Below, piece by piece: positions 36,817 to 46,062 of a DNA stretch of 64,000 nucleotides. Every line of letters begins with the position of its first letter. The first letter of the stretch is position 1. The notes beneath the pieces were generated by a model that did no database searches, had not been told where the DNA came from, and saw only the letters and a program-made list of their open reading frames with translations. The stretch is from a virus (Duplodnaviria > Heunggongvirae > Uroviricota > Caudoviricetes): the IMG/VR virus record IMGVR_UViG_3300031760_000026; one strand, given 5' to 3'. Made by a program: the position numbers and the translations under genes.

Positions 36817-37309
36817 AATATTTCTGTCTTGTCAGCAAAATATAACGTTTAAAGTCATATTCTGGTGTTTTAGGCCTAAGACAGGGAAGCGACGATTCTC
36901 CCAGACTAATGAGATCGTCGTCATAATAATGAAGAGCATGTTCATAAGCTCTTCTGTTTCTTTTAGAAGGATTGCTTATATACCGGTCTTTTAGTCTTCT
37001 GATCCATCGTCCTTTCATCCAGTTACGAGGGTAAAATATCACTATTCCACCAACTTGCTCTGGAAGACTGAGATTGAGATTCTCAAAATAATCGATTACA
37101 CCAGAATGAGTGCTGCACAGAACTGTGAATCCTTGCTTGGCTAAGTCCATCGCAACCGTGCAATATCTTGGAACCCAAGCATTTGAATCGAGCGAGTAGC
37201 CCATATCATCATGCGAAAAATGACTACTCTCAAGATCCACACAGTTTTTCCATCCGGCTACCGATGACTTACCGACTCCTGGATAGCCACAAATAATAAG
37301 GCCTTTCAT
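36782..37309 (-). CDS. P-loop nucleotide/nucleoside kinase-like protein
   Basis: Walker A ICGYPGVGKSS at the N-terminus. 175 aa, the size of dNMP/adenylate-type kinases. Confidence 0.45.
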   Translation of the reverse strand: MKGLIICGYPGVGKSSVAGWKNCVDLESSHFSHDDMGYSLDSNAWVPRYCTVAMDLAKQGFTVLCSTHSGVIDYFENLNLSLPEQVGGIVIFYPRNWMKGRWIRRLKDRYISNPSKRNRRAYEHALHYYDDDLISLGESSLPCLRPKTPEYDFKRYILLTRQKYCEKEEVSDGTT

Positions 37310-37319
37310 GAAATCCTCC

Positions 37320-37583
37320 TTATCTGCAATCCACGACTACTTCATCTTCCGGCAGCAGAACTTCTTCAAGCTTATCCATAATATTGCCTGCCACCTTGGC
37401 CATACGAATAGGATCAAAATCGTGATAATACTTGGCAAACGTATTGATCATATCGTTTTGACTATATGCTGCTTCCACCTGATCGAAAATATCCGCAACG
37501 GTCTGCTCGGTCAGCATATTACAAAGCTGCATGAGAAGATGCGCATCATTTTCCCTAAGTTTGATTGCAATGATTCTTTCCAT
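37320..37583 (-). CDS. hypothetical protein
   Basis: 87-aa ORF. Confidence 0.35.
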   Translation of the reverse strand: MERIIAIKLRENDAHLLMQLCNMLTEQTVADIFDQVEAAYSQNDMINTFAKYYHDFDPIRMAKVAGNIMDKLEEVLLPEDEVVVDCR

Positions 37584-37599
37584 TTTGAATTCTCCTCCT

Positions 37600-37827
37600 T
37601 TAAATAAGCCCTAAATTTTTCAGAGTTTCCAAGTCAATAAACCGCTTTAAATAGTCAGCGTATGGCATGAGCATTGCTTTGCAAATAATCTGGATTAGGC
37701 GAACTTCTTGGTCAATTTCAAGCCGACGTTGATAACTTGGTCCAGCTTTAAGCTCCTGGTTTAAAGAATCAAGTAAGTTTGCAGCATTCTGAGATAATTG
37801 GCCAATGCGATAAAAAGGGATTGCCAT
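37600..37827 (-). CDS. hypothetical small protein (paralog of 38539..38775)
   Basis: It ends ...DLETLKNLGLI, while the paralog ends ...EDVLRNLGLL. Similar length and helical pattern. Confidence 0.4.
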   Translation of the reverse strand: MAIPFYRIGQLSQNAANLLDSLNQELKAGPSYQRRLEIDQEVRLIQIICKAMLMPYADYLKRFIDLETLKNLGLI

Positions 37828-37917
37828 GCTTATTCTCCTTTCAAAAAATAAAAAGCCCTTAGCATTTCTGCCAAGAGCTTCTCCTCTGTTTCATTATTAG
37901 GGATGTATTTTTTGCGA

Positions 37918-38124
37918 TTAATCTGCATCATCTGAATAGACGCGGGATGTGTCAACTTCTCCGTAAATATCATCATAGTCATCATCCGCATACTCTGCTT
38001 CCATGACAATCTCGTCTCCATCCTTATAAACTTCGACAATCATGTCGCCGTCTTCGAAGCTCTCAAGAAATTCTCTAGGCATTCGGTCCACACTCCTTTC
38101 ATGGATGCCATCATTATAGCACAT
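37918..38124 (-). CDS. small highly acidic protein (possible DNA mimic)
   Basis: 68 aa with runs such as EAEYADDDYDDIYGEVD. It carries its own upstream terminator and TATAAT cassette. Confidence 0.35.
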   Translation of the reverse strand: MCYNDGIHERSVDRMPREFLESFEDGDMIVEVYKDGDEIVMEAEYADDDYDDIYGEVDTSRVYSDDAD

Positions 38125-38154
38125 ATGAAACGAAAGTGTAGGATTAATTGTAAA

Positions 38155-38484
38155 TTAAATATAATCTTCCCAGAATTCCTTTGGGATCGGTTTCATTCTA
38201 AGTGCCCACATAAGCTTTCTGACGGGGATGATAGGGTAATCCTTATCCGTAGCATGCTCCGAAAAGTATTGCGGGAATTTTGGATGTAGGTAAATATCAT
38301 TAGCAAGCCATGGATCGATCTTATCCCAATAGACATACTTAGCAGTGAATCTGCGCTGCACAACAATCAGCCCAAGCCCGTCTTGCTCAAATAGTGTGCC
38401 AATCTTATACACAGGATGCTCTAAAAATATCACTTCTCCGTAGAGTTGTGTAGTGAGTTCCGGCTTTTCGTAAAAATATTTCAT
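38155..38484 (-). CDS. hypothetical protein
   Basis: 109-aa ORF, aromatic-rich. Confidence 0.35.
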   Translation of the reverse strand: MKYFYEKPELTTQLYGEVIFLEHPVYKIGTLFEQDGLGLIVVQRRFTAKYVYWDKIDPWLANDIYLHPKFPQYFSEHATDKDYPIIPVRKLMWALRMKPIPKEFWEDYI

Positions 38485-38538
38485 GAGGTAAAAAATATAA
38501 GAAGTGTAAAAAAAAAGAGGACGCTTGTAAGGTCCTCT

Positions 38539-38775
38539 TTATAATAATCCTAGATTCCTTAAAACGTCCTCTCCAACGATAGGTTTGAGTACATCGACAT
38601 ACGGATAAACAGCCATGTTAACAATTTTATTAACCAATTTGGCATCGCGCTCGATCTCCTTAGCTCGCTTTGGGGTAACTCCCGAAGCTAGCTCCTCATG
38701 ATACTCCTGCAATACATTCATTGCGTTAACAAGAATTTCGCTTACTCTGTTAAGTGGTAATGCCATTTTATACAT
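38539..38775 (-). CDS. hypothetical small protein (paralog of 37600..37827)
   Basis: See the paralog. Own promoter cassette and terminator. Confidence 0.4.
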   Translation of the reverse strand: MYKMALPLNRVSEILVNAMNVLQEYHEELASGVTPKRAKEIERDAKLVNKIVNMAVYPYVDVLKPIVGEDVLRNLGLL

Positions 38776-38852
38776 CTCCTTTCATTACAAGGAATGCAAA
38801 ATATGCGAAAAAAGAAAGCCCATGTATAAAACACAGGCTTCCAAAAAAAATA

Positions 38853-39233
38853 TCACTTAATCCAGCAAGATGACCCATAAGACAAGATGATCTCAACTGG
38901 CAGGTCAGCATTTGCCTGAGTAGCCAGGTCATTAATCAGAAGATCTCCAAGTTTTCCGAGATCATAAGGATGACAGTTGAGAATCATGTTCTGGTAAAGC
39001 CCTTCGTTCCAATGCTCAAGAACCTCAATGCCATCCCAAGTAGGTTTCGGCAGGTCATTATTCATGGCCGTCTTAGCCACTGCAAATAGTTTAGGAATAT
39101 AATCTTTTGCGATGTCGGGAACTTTTCCTTTGAGCAACTTCCATGCCACGATTGATCCAGCAGCAACTGTGATGACTACTCCGCCAATGATGAGTTCTTT
39201 TTTGTGGTCCTTTGCAAACTTTTTAATATTCAT
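38853..39233 (-). CDS. membrane-anchored hypothetical protein
   Basis: N-terminal TM helix ELIIGGVVITVAAGSIVAW. Confidence 0.35.
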   Translation of the reverse strand: MNIKKFAKDHKKELIIGGVVITVAAGSIVAWKLLKGKVPDIAKDYIPKLFAVAKTAMNNDLPKPTWDGIEVLEHWNEGLYQNMILNCHPYDLGKLGDLLINDLATQANADLPVEIILSYGSSCWIK

Positions 39234-39248
39234 CTCATAATCCTCCTT

Positions 39249-39446
39249 TTAATTAATCACAAAGCCAATTTTGCCAACGGGCTTGTTTGAATCATCCTCG
39301 TTATTTTCAATCTCTCGACGTTCGCCTTTAGAGTCTTTAGTTTTCTTATCCAGTTGCCTCTTAAGACTTTTAGCTCCCTCAAGTAACACATTGTGAGTAA
39401 ACACACAAATAGAATATACGCCAATCCAATAAACTACTTTCTGCAT
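39249..39446 (-). CDS. small membrane protein
   Basis: 65 aa. N-terminal hydrophobic helix, Lys/Glu-rich tail. Confidence 0.3.
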   Translation of the reverse strand: MQKVVYWIGVYSICVFTHNVLLEGAKSLKRQLDKKTKDSKGERREIENNEDDSNKPVGKIGFVIN

Positions 39447-39560
39447 AATGTCCTCCTCAAAAAATATAAGAAGCGTAGTCTTTCTTAAAGCCGGCCTCCA
39501 TTCCGTCTATACGCTTCTACTATAGAGTCTGCAAAACTTGCGAAAAAGAAAGGCCGTGTA

Positions 39561-39833
39561 TTAAGCGGCCAATCCTTTTTCTTGAAGATACTTCGTGATT
39601 TTATCTTGCTCGAAATCAAATGACAAAATTACCACGACCGGTGCGGCATTACCAGGATCATACCATCCAGGCTCGTCCTTATAAATTATCCATCTGCGTT
39701 CTCCTCTTTTTCCTCCAGGACCGCGTCCAAATATTTTTGTAAGAACCTCGATAGTTTCCTGTAATTTACCAGACCGAATTCTAACAAATTTAGCAAAGAA
39801 ATCCATTTCAAACCTCCTAAAAGTATTCTTCAT
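39561..39833 (-). CDS. hypothetical small protein
   Basis: 90 aa with its own terminator-promoter cassette. Confidence 0.35.
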   Translation of the reverse strand: MKNTFRRFEMDFFAKFVRIRSGKLQETIEVLTKIFGRGPGGKRGERRWIIYKDEPGWYDPGNAAPVVVILSFDFEQDKITKYLQEKGLAA

Positions 39834-39904
39834 TATAAGAGGTGAAAAATATGCGAAAAAAAAGAAAGGAAGTTGCGTAAATTATCAACTTCCAAATCTT
39901 TTAT

Positions 39905-40213
39905 TTACCGTATAGAACCAGCTGCCGTTGCTTGGTATGCGCCATAGTCGGCATGAGCCTCTCGGTTTCTACGTTCTGCATGATCTAAATCCGCAAAATA
40001 TAATTTATTCCAGAACGCATTCGCATAAGCATACTCAACATACTTTTTGCCGAAAATATGCTTCTCATGAATGTATTCCTTTGAAACAATTACTTTATGT
40101 GGATTCTCGATTATGTCTCCGCAATACCAGACCTCATCTCCAACTTTAGCATGCACAGGCAATGACCCATCATTAAGTCTATACCGCCTTAAAAGATCTT
40201 CATAGTCAATCAT
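39905..40213 (-). CDS. hypothetical small protein
   Basis: 102 aa with its own cassette. Confidence 0.35.
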   Translation of the reverse strand: MIDYEDLLRRYRLNDGSLPVHAKVGDEVWYCGDIIENPHKVIVSKEYIHEKHIFGKKYVEYAYANAFWNKLYFADLDHAERRNREAHADYGAYQATAAGSIR

Positions 40214-40274
40214 TTAGATTGCCTCCTTTCTATTAAAGAAAGTGTTTATCTTGCGAAAAAAAGAAAGGCTCTGT

Positions 40275-40583
40275 TTAAGAGCCAATCTTTTTAATAATTA
40301 TCTCATATCCAAGGGATTTCAACTGTGCTCTAAGTTCAATCAGGTCTTTAGGCTCGATAATAGTTAATCTTTCAATAATTAGTTCATTTGAAAGAGTGCC
40401 AACCACCTCTTTATCGTCTGGAAACCATTTCAAAAAAGTCTTTTGTTTAGGGATATACTTCCCATTTTTTACTTTTGAAATAATTGCCGGATCTACAGAA
40501 ATAGCATTGGCCATCGCTCTCAATGAACCATATTTAGAAATTTCATCTTCTACTCGCTTAATAACATATGCATTATAGGTCAC
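40275..40583 (-). CDS. hypothetical small protein
   Basis: 102 aa with its own cassette. Confidence 0.35.
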   Translation of the reverse strand: MTYNAYVIKRVEDEISKYGSLRAMANAISVDPAIISKVKNGKYIPKQKTFLKWFPDDKEVVGTLSNELIIERLTIIEPKDLIELRAQLKSLGYEIIIKKIGS

Positions 40584-40652
40584 AATAAATCTCCTCCTTT
40601 CTATTAAAGGAGCTGTATTAATTGCGAAAAAGAATGAGCCCTGTAATAGAGC

Positions 40653-40967
40653 TCATGCTTCGTAGATAGTAAATATCACATCCACTGGGTATTTTTCTTC
40701 TTCACCTTTTACCTGATACGTAAAATGTCTGTGCTCTTCATAGTAGCTTTTGCCCGTAGTCGATCTAGTTCCGAATTCTCGCTTAAGGCTATGTAGATTC
40801 TCCGTGATAGTCATTTCGTACTTAGAAGCTATGACCTTTTCATAGTCATAGTCAGCCAAGAGCTCAAATGCTCTAAAAGAATCCTCTGCAACGCCAACGA
40901 GATCCGTGAAGATCGGATAATCGCCAAAGTTAAACAATGCCACAACAACAAACGCTCCAGTAATCAT
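40653..40967 (-). CDS. hypothetical small protein
   Basis: The start is refined to MITGAF (ATG 40967) with GGAGG upstream. The track's N-terminal extension reads through two terminator/promoter cassettes. Confidence 0.35.
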   Translation of the reverse strand: MITGAFVVVALFNFGDYPIFTDLVGVAEDSFRAFELLADYDYEKVIASKYEMTITENLHSLKREFGTRSTTGKSYYEEHRHFTYQVKGEEEKYPVDVIFTIYEA

Positions 40968-41315
40968 GCTTATAATCCTCCAGTTTTGTTTTAGTACTTC
41001 TCTACTAAAACACCTGTAAAATATGCGAAAAAAAATAAGGATTGTTAGCTTCGAACTAACGTCTCTCGACCTAAATATCATCGAGCGTTCTACCATTGAA
41101 CTATTACATGGTCTAGGGAATTTCACCCTTCGCCTGGCATAACCCAGCGATTCCATTCTCCTCATTATAAGGAGTGTAAAATATGCGAAAAAGAAAAAGA
41201 GATGTATGGCTTGAACATACAATACCACCTTGCCAAGTGGCGTTTTACCAATTATAACTAATCTCCTTCATTATAAGAACTGTTAAACTTGCGAAAAAGA
41301 AAAGCCACTGTTTTA

Positions 41316-41585
41316 TTAGTGGCCTTTCTTTCTGATTCTAATCAGTTTGAGAGCAGCATAAGCATACTCTTTCAGAGTCTTCTTAACGTCACGTCTGATC
41401 TGTTTCTTCCTGGCGCTGTCCACCATGCTCATCAGATCCAGGTAAGCCATCATGTCGTCGATAGTCTTGAATCTCTCCTCTTTCGTCATTCCTTCATTGG
41501 AGAGAGCCTCAGACATCTCGTCAACTTTAGCCCCCAGGATTTTCATGAATTCGGCAGCCCGCTCCTCGGTCCAAATATCATTCAT
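41316..41585 (-). CDS. hypothetical small helical protein
   Basis: 89 aa. Confidence 0.35.
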   Translation of the reverse strand: MNDIWTEERAAEFMKILGAKVDEMSEALSNEGMTKEERFKTIDDMMAYLDLMSMVDSARKKQIRRDVKKTLKEYAYAALKLIRIRKKGH

Positions 41586-41646
41586 TGTTTAGTCCTCCTT
41601 TAATAGATTTTATGTCTCTCTATTAAAGAGGGTGTTTTATTTGCGA

Positions 41647-42300
41647 TTACTTAGATGCTTTGGGTTTAGAGCTGTCTTTTTTCTTATGAGGAATTGCTGA
41701 AGAAACTGCAACTGTGATTAATGCTGCAGGAATAATGATAGGTGATAAAAGAATACCACCAACAATTATTGCTCCAGTTTGCACCTTATCCGTTTTATAA
41801 GTATCTCTCGCAGCTTCTTTGCCATATTTAGCAAGTATTTTTTGATCAGCATATTTCTGCCCCTCTTCATGGTACTTGCTAAAATTCTTTGCGTAATTAC
41901 TGCTAGCGGTTTCATATTCTTCAAGTTCTGCGGCTAGTTTTGAATCTTTATGACTCTTTTGTTCGAGCCTATCGAAGTAATCGCTTTGTGCATCCGCAGA
42001 TTCCATTTTGTCCAGGCCGTATTTTTTCTCAAAAGAATCGATTATCTGCATATACCCCTGCATCGTTTCATCTTTGCTAAGCAGCGCATTTGTTTTTCGG
42101 GTTGCGATTTTAAAACGTTCATCTGAAATCTGTTTGTGCGAGGGTCTATTATCTATCCCAAATTCTCCGTATCTCTTCTTTCCGGCATTTGTAAGAGTGC
42201 CATCAGGATTCTGATACCTTCTTACGCCCCATTTTTGGCCTAAAATACCATGATGAGAAAGATCTTTTTCTCTATGCATTTCATACCCGTATAATTCCAT
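41647..42300 (-). CDS. paralog 1 of the MELYGYE(I/M)HREKDLSHHGILGQKWG N-terminal family; C-terminal TM segment
   Basis: Shares the N-terminal ~25 aa and the SD-ATG region (AGGAGAATTCAAAATGGAATTATAC) with the other two paralogs. C-terminal hydrophobic helix, then a Lys-rich tail. Confidence 0.5.
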   Translation of the reverse strand: MELYGYEMHREKDLSHHGILGQKWGVRRYQNPDGTLTNAGKKRYGEFGIDNRPSHKQISDERFKIATRKTNALLSKDETMQGYMQIIDSFEKKYGLDKMESADAQSDYFDRLEQKSHKDSKLAAELEEYETASSNYAKNFSKYHEEGQKYADQKILAKYGKEAARDTYKTDKVQTGAIIVGGILLSPIIIPAALITVAVSSAIPHKKKDSSKPKASK

Positions 42301-42311
42301 TTTGAATTCTC

Positions 42312-43046
42312 CTAAATAAGATCTTCCTTGCTTAAAGTGTAAACAAGGTCATTTACATATATGCCATAATCACCATATGTAGAGTCGATTACTTTTTTAT
42401 CGCCATAAGTTTTGACTATCTCATCAGTGACCTTAGAGCAAACATTTACGTAATTTGACACCGCAGAATCTATCGCATCTAATTTCTTTTTAAAATCTGG
42501 ATACTTACTAGCCGCATCATAATATGCTAAATCCATGGCATCATCCCAGAAAACCTCTTTAGGTGTATCTCCATATTCCTCAAGGAATGCTTTTTCTCCT
42601 CCGACGGATTTAATGAATTCTTTTTTAGCCGAATCCAAATATTTATCTGGGTCAGCATCCAGCATGGAATAAGACTCGTCTTGTATTTTTCTTGCTAATT
42701 CTTTATCCTCGGCAGAAGACAACTGCGCCTTATTCAATTTTTCTTTAGCATCTAATACACTAGCAATTTGCTCTTTACTAAAATAATTCTTTTTAAAATC
42801 CTTTCGAATCTCATTTGCTATTTCAGTATGAGTTTTTCCAGGATTATTCTTTTTAGCTTTATCTATGCCTTTTCGGAATCGTTTTTCTTTTAAGCTTTGT
42901 CTCCACCCAGCCTTCTTTTCTGAAGCAGAATGGTCACTAGCATCTAAAGGATATGGAGGACCGTTTTGTTTACCCCATTTCATTCCTAAAATACCATGAT
43001 GAGAAAGGTCTTTTTCTCTATGTATTTCATATCCGTATAATTCCAT
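42312..43046 (-). CDS. paralog 2 of the MELYGYEIHREKDLSHHGILG... family; unrelated C-terminal domain
   Basis: The start is refined to the ATG of MELYGY (43046); the track start was an upstream TTG. The first ~50 aa are nearly identical to paralog 3, then diverge. Confidence 0.5.
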   Translation of the reverse strand: MELYGYEIHREKDLSHHGILGMKWGKQNGPPYPLDASDHSASEKKAGWRQSLKEKRFRKGIDKAKKNNPGKTHTEIANEIRKDFKKNYFSKEQIASVLDAKEKLNKAQLSSAEDKELARKIQDESYSMLDADPDKYLDSAKKEFIKSVGGEKAFLEEYGDTPKEVFWDDAMDLAYYDAASKYPDFKKKLDAIDSAVSNYVNVCSKVTDEIVKTYGDKKVIDSTYGDYGIYVNDLVYTLSKEDLI

Positions 43047-43095
43047 TTTAAATTTCTCCAAATAAATTTGTGATTGATTATTGAATTGCTAACTC

Positions 43096-43130
43096 AAAAA
43101 AAGAAAAGGCTCTGTTTTAGAGCCCTCTCT
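43096..43130 (-). terminator. rho-independent terminator; same sequence as the one at 45556
   Basis: GGCTCTGTTTTAGAGCC hairpin with a flanking T-run. AAAAAAGAAAAGGCTCTGTTTTAGAGCC is repeated verbatim at 45556-45585. Confidence 0.6.
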
Positions 43131-43135
43131 TTTGT

Positions 43136-43351
43136 TTAGACAAGATCCTTCAATAGCTTCGAAAGATCATCTTTGCTCAATGCCGCCGTTACACTCAACC
43201 GGACATTCGCATTTTCACCATCAAACTTCACAGAGATCGGCTCATTAAACGTGATGCCAAGATCGACACCAAGTTTCTTCGCCACGATCTTTCTCACAAG
43301 TTTCGTGATGATTCCCTGCACAAATCCAGTCTGAATTTTCACTTCGTCCAT
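43136..43351 (-). CDS. hypothetical small protein
   Basis: 71 aa. Confidence 0.35.
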   Translation of the reverse strand: MDEVKIQTGFVQGIITKLVRKIVAKKLGVDLGITFNEPISVKFDGENANVRLSVTAALSKDDLSKLLKDLV

Positions 43352-43444
43352 TTTAGACTCCTTTCTTATAATGAATTCTTGTCATTATAAGGAATGTAAA
43401 ACGTGCGAAAAAGAAGCGGAATTGATAAACCGCTTCTTAGTTAA

Positions 43445-43834
43445 TTAGTCTACTATGATTGCTTCCGGAAAATCTCTTCTGAAATCCTCCATTGTTATTC
43501 CATACGTGTCAATTATTTCACGCACTTTTGCAATGGAGATTTCTCTCTTATTCTTCGGTTTCTTCATAAACAGCTTATTAACTTTTTGTCTATCAATTTC
43601 CGCTTTCTTCTTTTGTTCGAAAGTAATAGTCCCTTTGAGTAAGTCCAGCATCAGTTCATTTGTTTTCTCGAAATCTAAATCTCTAAGTCTAGCAAGTTCT
43701 GCTTCGGCATATTTTTTATCGGCAAGACGCTTTTGCTCTTTAACGGCTTGCTTATAATCTACAACTCCAGCAATTAGGCTAGCACAAACAGACCCGATTC
43801 CGATTATCAGATTTGCTTTTGCTTGGTAATTCAT
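43445..43834 (-). CDS. membrane-anchored coiled-coil protein
   Basis: N-terminal TM helix, Lys/Glu-rich. Confidence 0.35.
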   Translation of the reverse strand: MNYQAKANLIIGIGSVCASLIAGVVDYKQAVKEQKRLADKKYAEAELARLRDLDFEKTNELMLDLLKGTITFEQKKKAEIDRQKVNKLFMKKPKNKREISIAKVREIIDTYGITMEDFRRDFPEAIIVD

Positions 43835-43919
43835 TATCTATTACATCCCCTTTCATTATAAGAGATGTAAAATATACGAAAAATAAAGAGTCCATGCATA
43901 AAGCACAGACTCTTTATCT

Positions 43920-44276
43920 TTATTTGAGTAATCTCATGCTGGAAAGAATTTTGCCCAAAGGTTCTCCATTTTTCTTTCGTCTCTCGATCTCCAGATACTC
44001 ATTCGTGGTCGGCTTCCGTTTAAGCTCGTAGTAGCATTTCAGCGACATATCATAGATGAACTTCTCTTTCAAGTTTCTTTCTTCTTTCAGTTGAGCATTT
44101 CTACTGACGGCTTTAAACACTTTTTCACCAGTAGCAAGCATCACTGGAACAAGAACAACTATGTATTCTTTATTTTCATCCCAAAATCGCTTAGCTTTTT
44201 CAGCTTGATCGGAAAGCCAATTCTGAACTTCCCATTTCTTAATCTTAAGCTTTTCTTTGATTTCTTCCTTTTTCAT
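43920..44276 (-). CDS. hypothetical protein
   Basis: 118 aa, Lys/Glu-rich with one hydrophobic helix. Confidence 0.35.
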   Translation of the reverse strand: MKKEEIKEKLKIKKWEVQNWLSDQAEKAKRFWDENKEYIVVLVPVMLATGEKVFKAVSRNAQLKEERNLKEKFIYDMSLKCYYELKRKPTTNEYLEIERRKKNGEPLGKILSSMRLLK

Positions 44277-44342
44277 TATTTATTCCTCCTTCTAAGAGAT
44301 TTATCTCTCTATAAAAAGAGGTGTAAATGTTGCGAAATATAA

Positions 44343-44627
44343 TTACTTAATATCGGTTTCAGGAATGTCAATAGCGTGAGTATTATTCAGAGCCTCGTCA
44401 AATTTTTTGTCGTCATTTAACAGCATTTCTTCCCAGAAATCATATAAATCATACTGGCCATCAGAATCTGAAATGCTAACAAAAAATGCTGATGGATCAT
44501 CTTTATAATAGTTCTTTCCATATGATACTGAGAAAATATACTTGTGATTATAGACAAAATATGTACGAACCAAATCGTTAGGATGTCTTTTTCGTACGAT
44601 TTTTAAAGCTTCTTCATATGTAATCAT
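44343..44627 (-). CDS. small protein downstream of and translationally coupled to paralog 3; candidate immunity or partner protein
   Basis: 94 aa. Its ATG overlaps the stop of 44624..45514 (ATGA coupling). Confidence 0.4.
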   Translation of the reverse strand: MITYEEALKIVRKRHPNDLVRTYFVYNHKYIFSVSYGKNYYKDDPSAFFVSISDSDGQYDLYDFWEEMLLNDDKKFDEALNNTHAIDIPETDIK

Positions 44628-45514
44628 TTATATCCTCCCACAACATATTGCAATGTCTTTTCTGCTTCAGCCTTTATCGATGCGTTTGAAAAATCAATAA
44701 CCCTAAGTGGCGAATAACGACCAGAACTAATATAGCGAGATATGTCAGTCACGGAGTTAATTTGCGGATCTATTATTGTAACCACGCCGTCCAATGTCTT
44801 TTCGTAATTAATATAGTGGCCGTTGGCCCCGGCACGAATATGAATTACTCCAGTTGATCCATTCTTAATAGTCTTAAACATATCATACATGCTTTCTTGT
44901 TTTCCGCATTCTCGTATATCTAAGTTATCAAAAATCGAATTAAATACTCTATAGTCTCTTCCATGACCGGCCATTCCGCTTATTTCATCTATCCCATTAA
45001 ATGGTAATGCTGTGGTATTCATACCAAACATAGAATTAAGAATATAGCTGGTAGTTGTATGAAAACAATTAGCTCTTCCGCCAGCAGTTCCTTTATTCTT
45101 TGCATTAATTCTTTTCACCATTTTTAGATCTATATCGTCGATAGATTTACCAATTTTGCCGCTTGCAAATGGATCTTTACCTCCAGTTTGAATATCTACA
45201 GCTGATTTACCATTCTTAACATAGTCGCCAATATTATTCAATGCTCCAGATTTATAAAGACCATACCCAATTAATCCAGCCGCAACAACGAAAGCACCGA
45301 TGACAATTGCTTTCTTTTGCCCTGATGTTAATTTAAGCCTTTTATTATCGCTTTTGTCAAGACTTTTTCTCCACCCAGCCTTCTTTTCAGAAGCAGAATG
45401 GTCTTTAGCATCTAGAGGATACGGAGGACCGTTTTGTTTGCCCCACTTTTGGCCTAAAATACCATGATGAGAAAGGTCTTTTTCTCTATGTATTTCATAC
45501 CCGTATAATTCCAT
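44624..45514 (-). CDS. paralog 3 of the MELYGYEIHREKDLSHHGILG... family; TM helix plus candidate papain-like Cys-His-Asp peptidase domain
   Basis: The shared N-terminal 50 aa are followed by a TM helix (AIVIGAFVVAAGLIGYGLY) and a domain carrying GGRANCFHTTTSY (Cys), GANGHYINY (His) and VVTIIDPQ (Asp). Confidence 0.45.
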   Translation of the reverse strand: MELYGYEIHREKDLSHHGILGQKWGKQNGPPYPLDAKDHSASEKKAGWRKSLDKSDNKRLKLTSGQKKAIVIGAFVVAAGLIGYGLYKSGALNNIGDYVKNGKSAVDIQTGGKDPFASGKIGKSIDDIDLKMVKRINAKNKGTAGGRANCFHTTTSYILNSMFGMNTTALPFNGIDEISGMAGHGRDYRVFNSIFDNLDIRECGKQESMYDMFKTIKNGSTGVIHIRAGANGHYINYEKTLDGVVTIIDPQINSVTDISRYISSGRYSPLRVIDFSNASIKAEAEKTLQYVVGGYK

Positions 45515-45555
45515 TTTGAATTCTCCTAAGGAAATAGTTTTGCATGCTATTAAAA

Positions 45556-45590
45556 AAGAAAAGGCTCTGTTTTAGAGCCTTTTCTTTCAG
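45556..45590 (-). terminator. rho-independent terminator (duplicate of the 43096 terminator)
   Basis: GGCTCTGTTTTAGAGCC hairpin plus T-run, immediately upstream of the paralog 3 RBS. Confidence 0.6.
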
Positions 45591-45597
45591 TAGTCCA

Positions 45598-46062
45598 TTA
45601 AATTACTCTCGGTTGTAAAGCCTTGATCCAGGCGAGACATTTGCTCGAGAGGATCGTAGTTTCTTCGAGTTTACCAGTCACCACAACCAACACTGCCGTG
45701 CCACCAATGGTCAAACCAATTTTCGCGAGCCCGATGATTGCATCCATCTTTGCAGCCTTCAGCTTGTCTTTTGCTTCTTTTTCAGCAAGCTCCTGGCGCT
45801 TCTGGTCCTGTTCAATCTTGGCAGCGGTTTCTTTTTCCCGCCGTTCAAGATCCGCTTCTTCCATCTTGCGCTTATGCCTGCTGTCCAAGTCCGCATTGCA
45901 AGCCGCAGACTCCTCGTGGAATGCTCTCAGTAGCTCATGGTAATTCTTATTTGCCACGGTGTACGCTTCAGTTGTCGGATCGAGGTTCTTAAGTACCTCC
46001 TGAATACGATCTAACTCTTTCAGCATATCTTCCTGATTCATGCCTATTCTATCCCCTTTCAT
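45598..46062 (-). CDS. coiled-coil protein with C-terminal TM helix
   Basis: 154 aa. Confidence 0.35.
   Translation of the reverse strand: MKGDRIGMNQEDMLKELDRIQEVLKNLDPTTEAYTVANKNYHELLRAFHEESAACNADLDSRHKRKMEEADLERREKETAAKIEQDQKRQELAEKEAKDKLKAAKMDAIIGLAKIGLTIGGTAVLVVVTGKLEETTILSSKCLAWIKALQPRVI

Noticed and set aside
37830-38039. 69-aa minus-strand ORF overlapping the acidic-protein gene
   Set aside because: It is out of frame with 37918..38124 and reads through the conserved terminator/promoter cassette at ~37900, so the acidic ORF, which has its own cassette, was preferred.
40968-41228. N-terminal 87 codons of the track ORF 40653..41228, and a putative MESLGYARRR... micro-ORF
   Set aside because: This stretch reads through two terminator-promoter cassettes including the hairpin GTTAGCTTCGAACTAAC. 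An internal ATG (MITGAF) with a GGAGG RBS is a far better start, and the remainder is treated as empty or degenerate cassettes.
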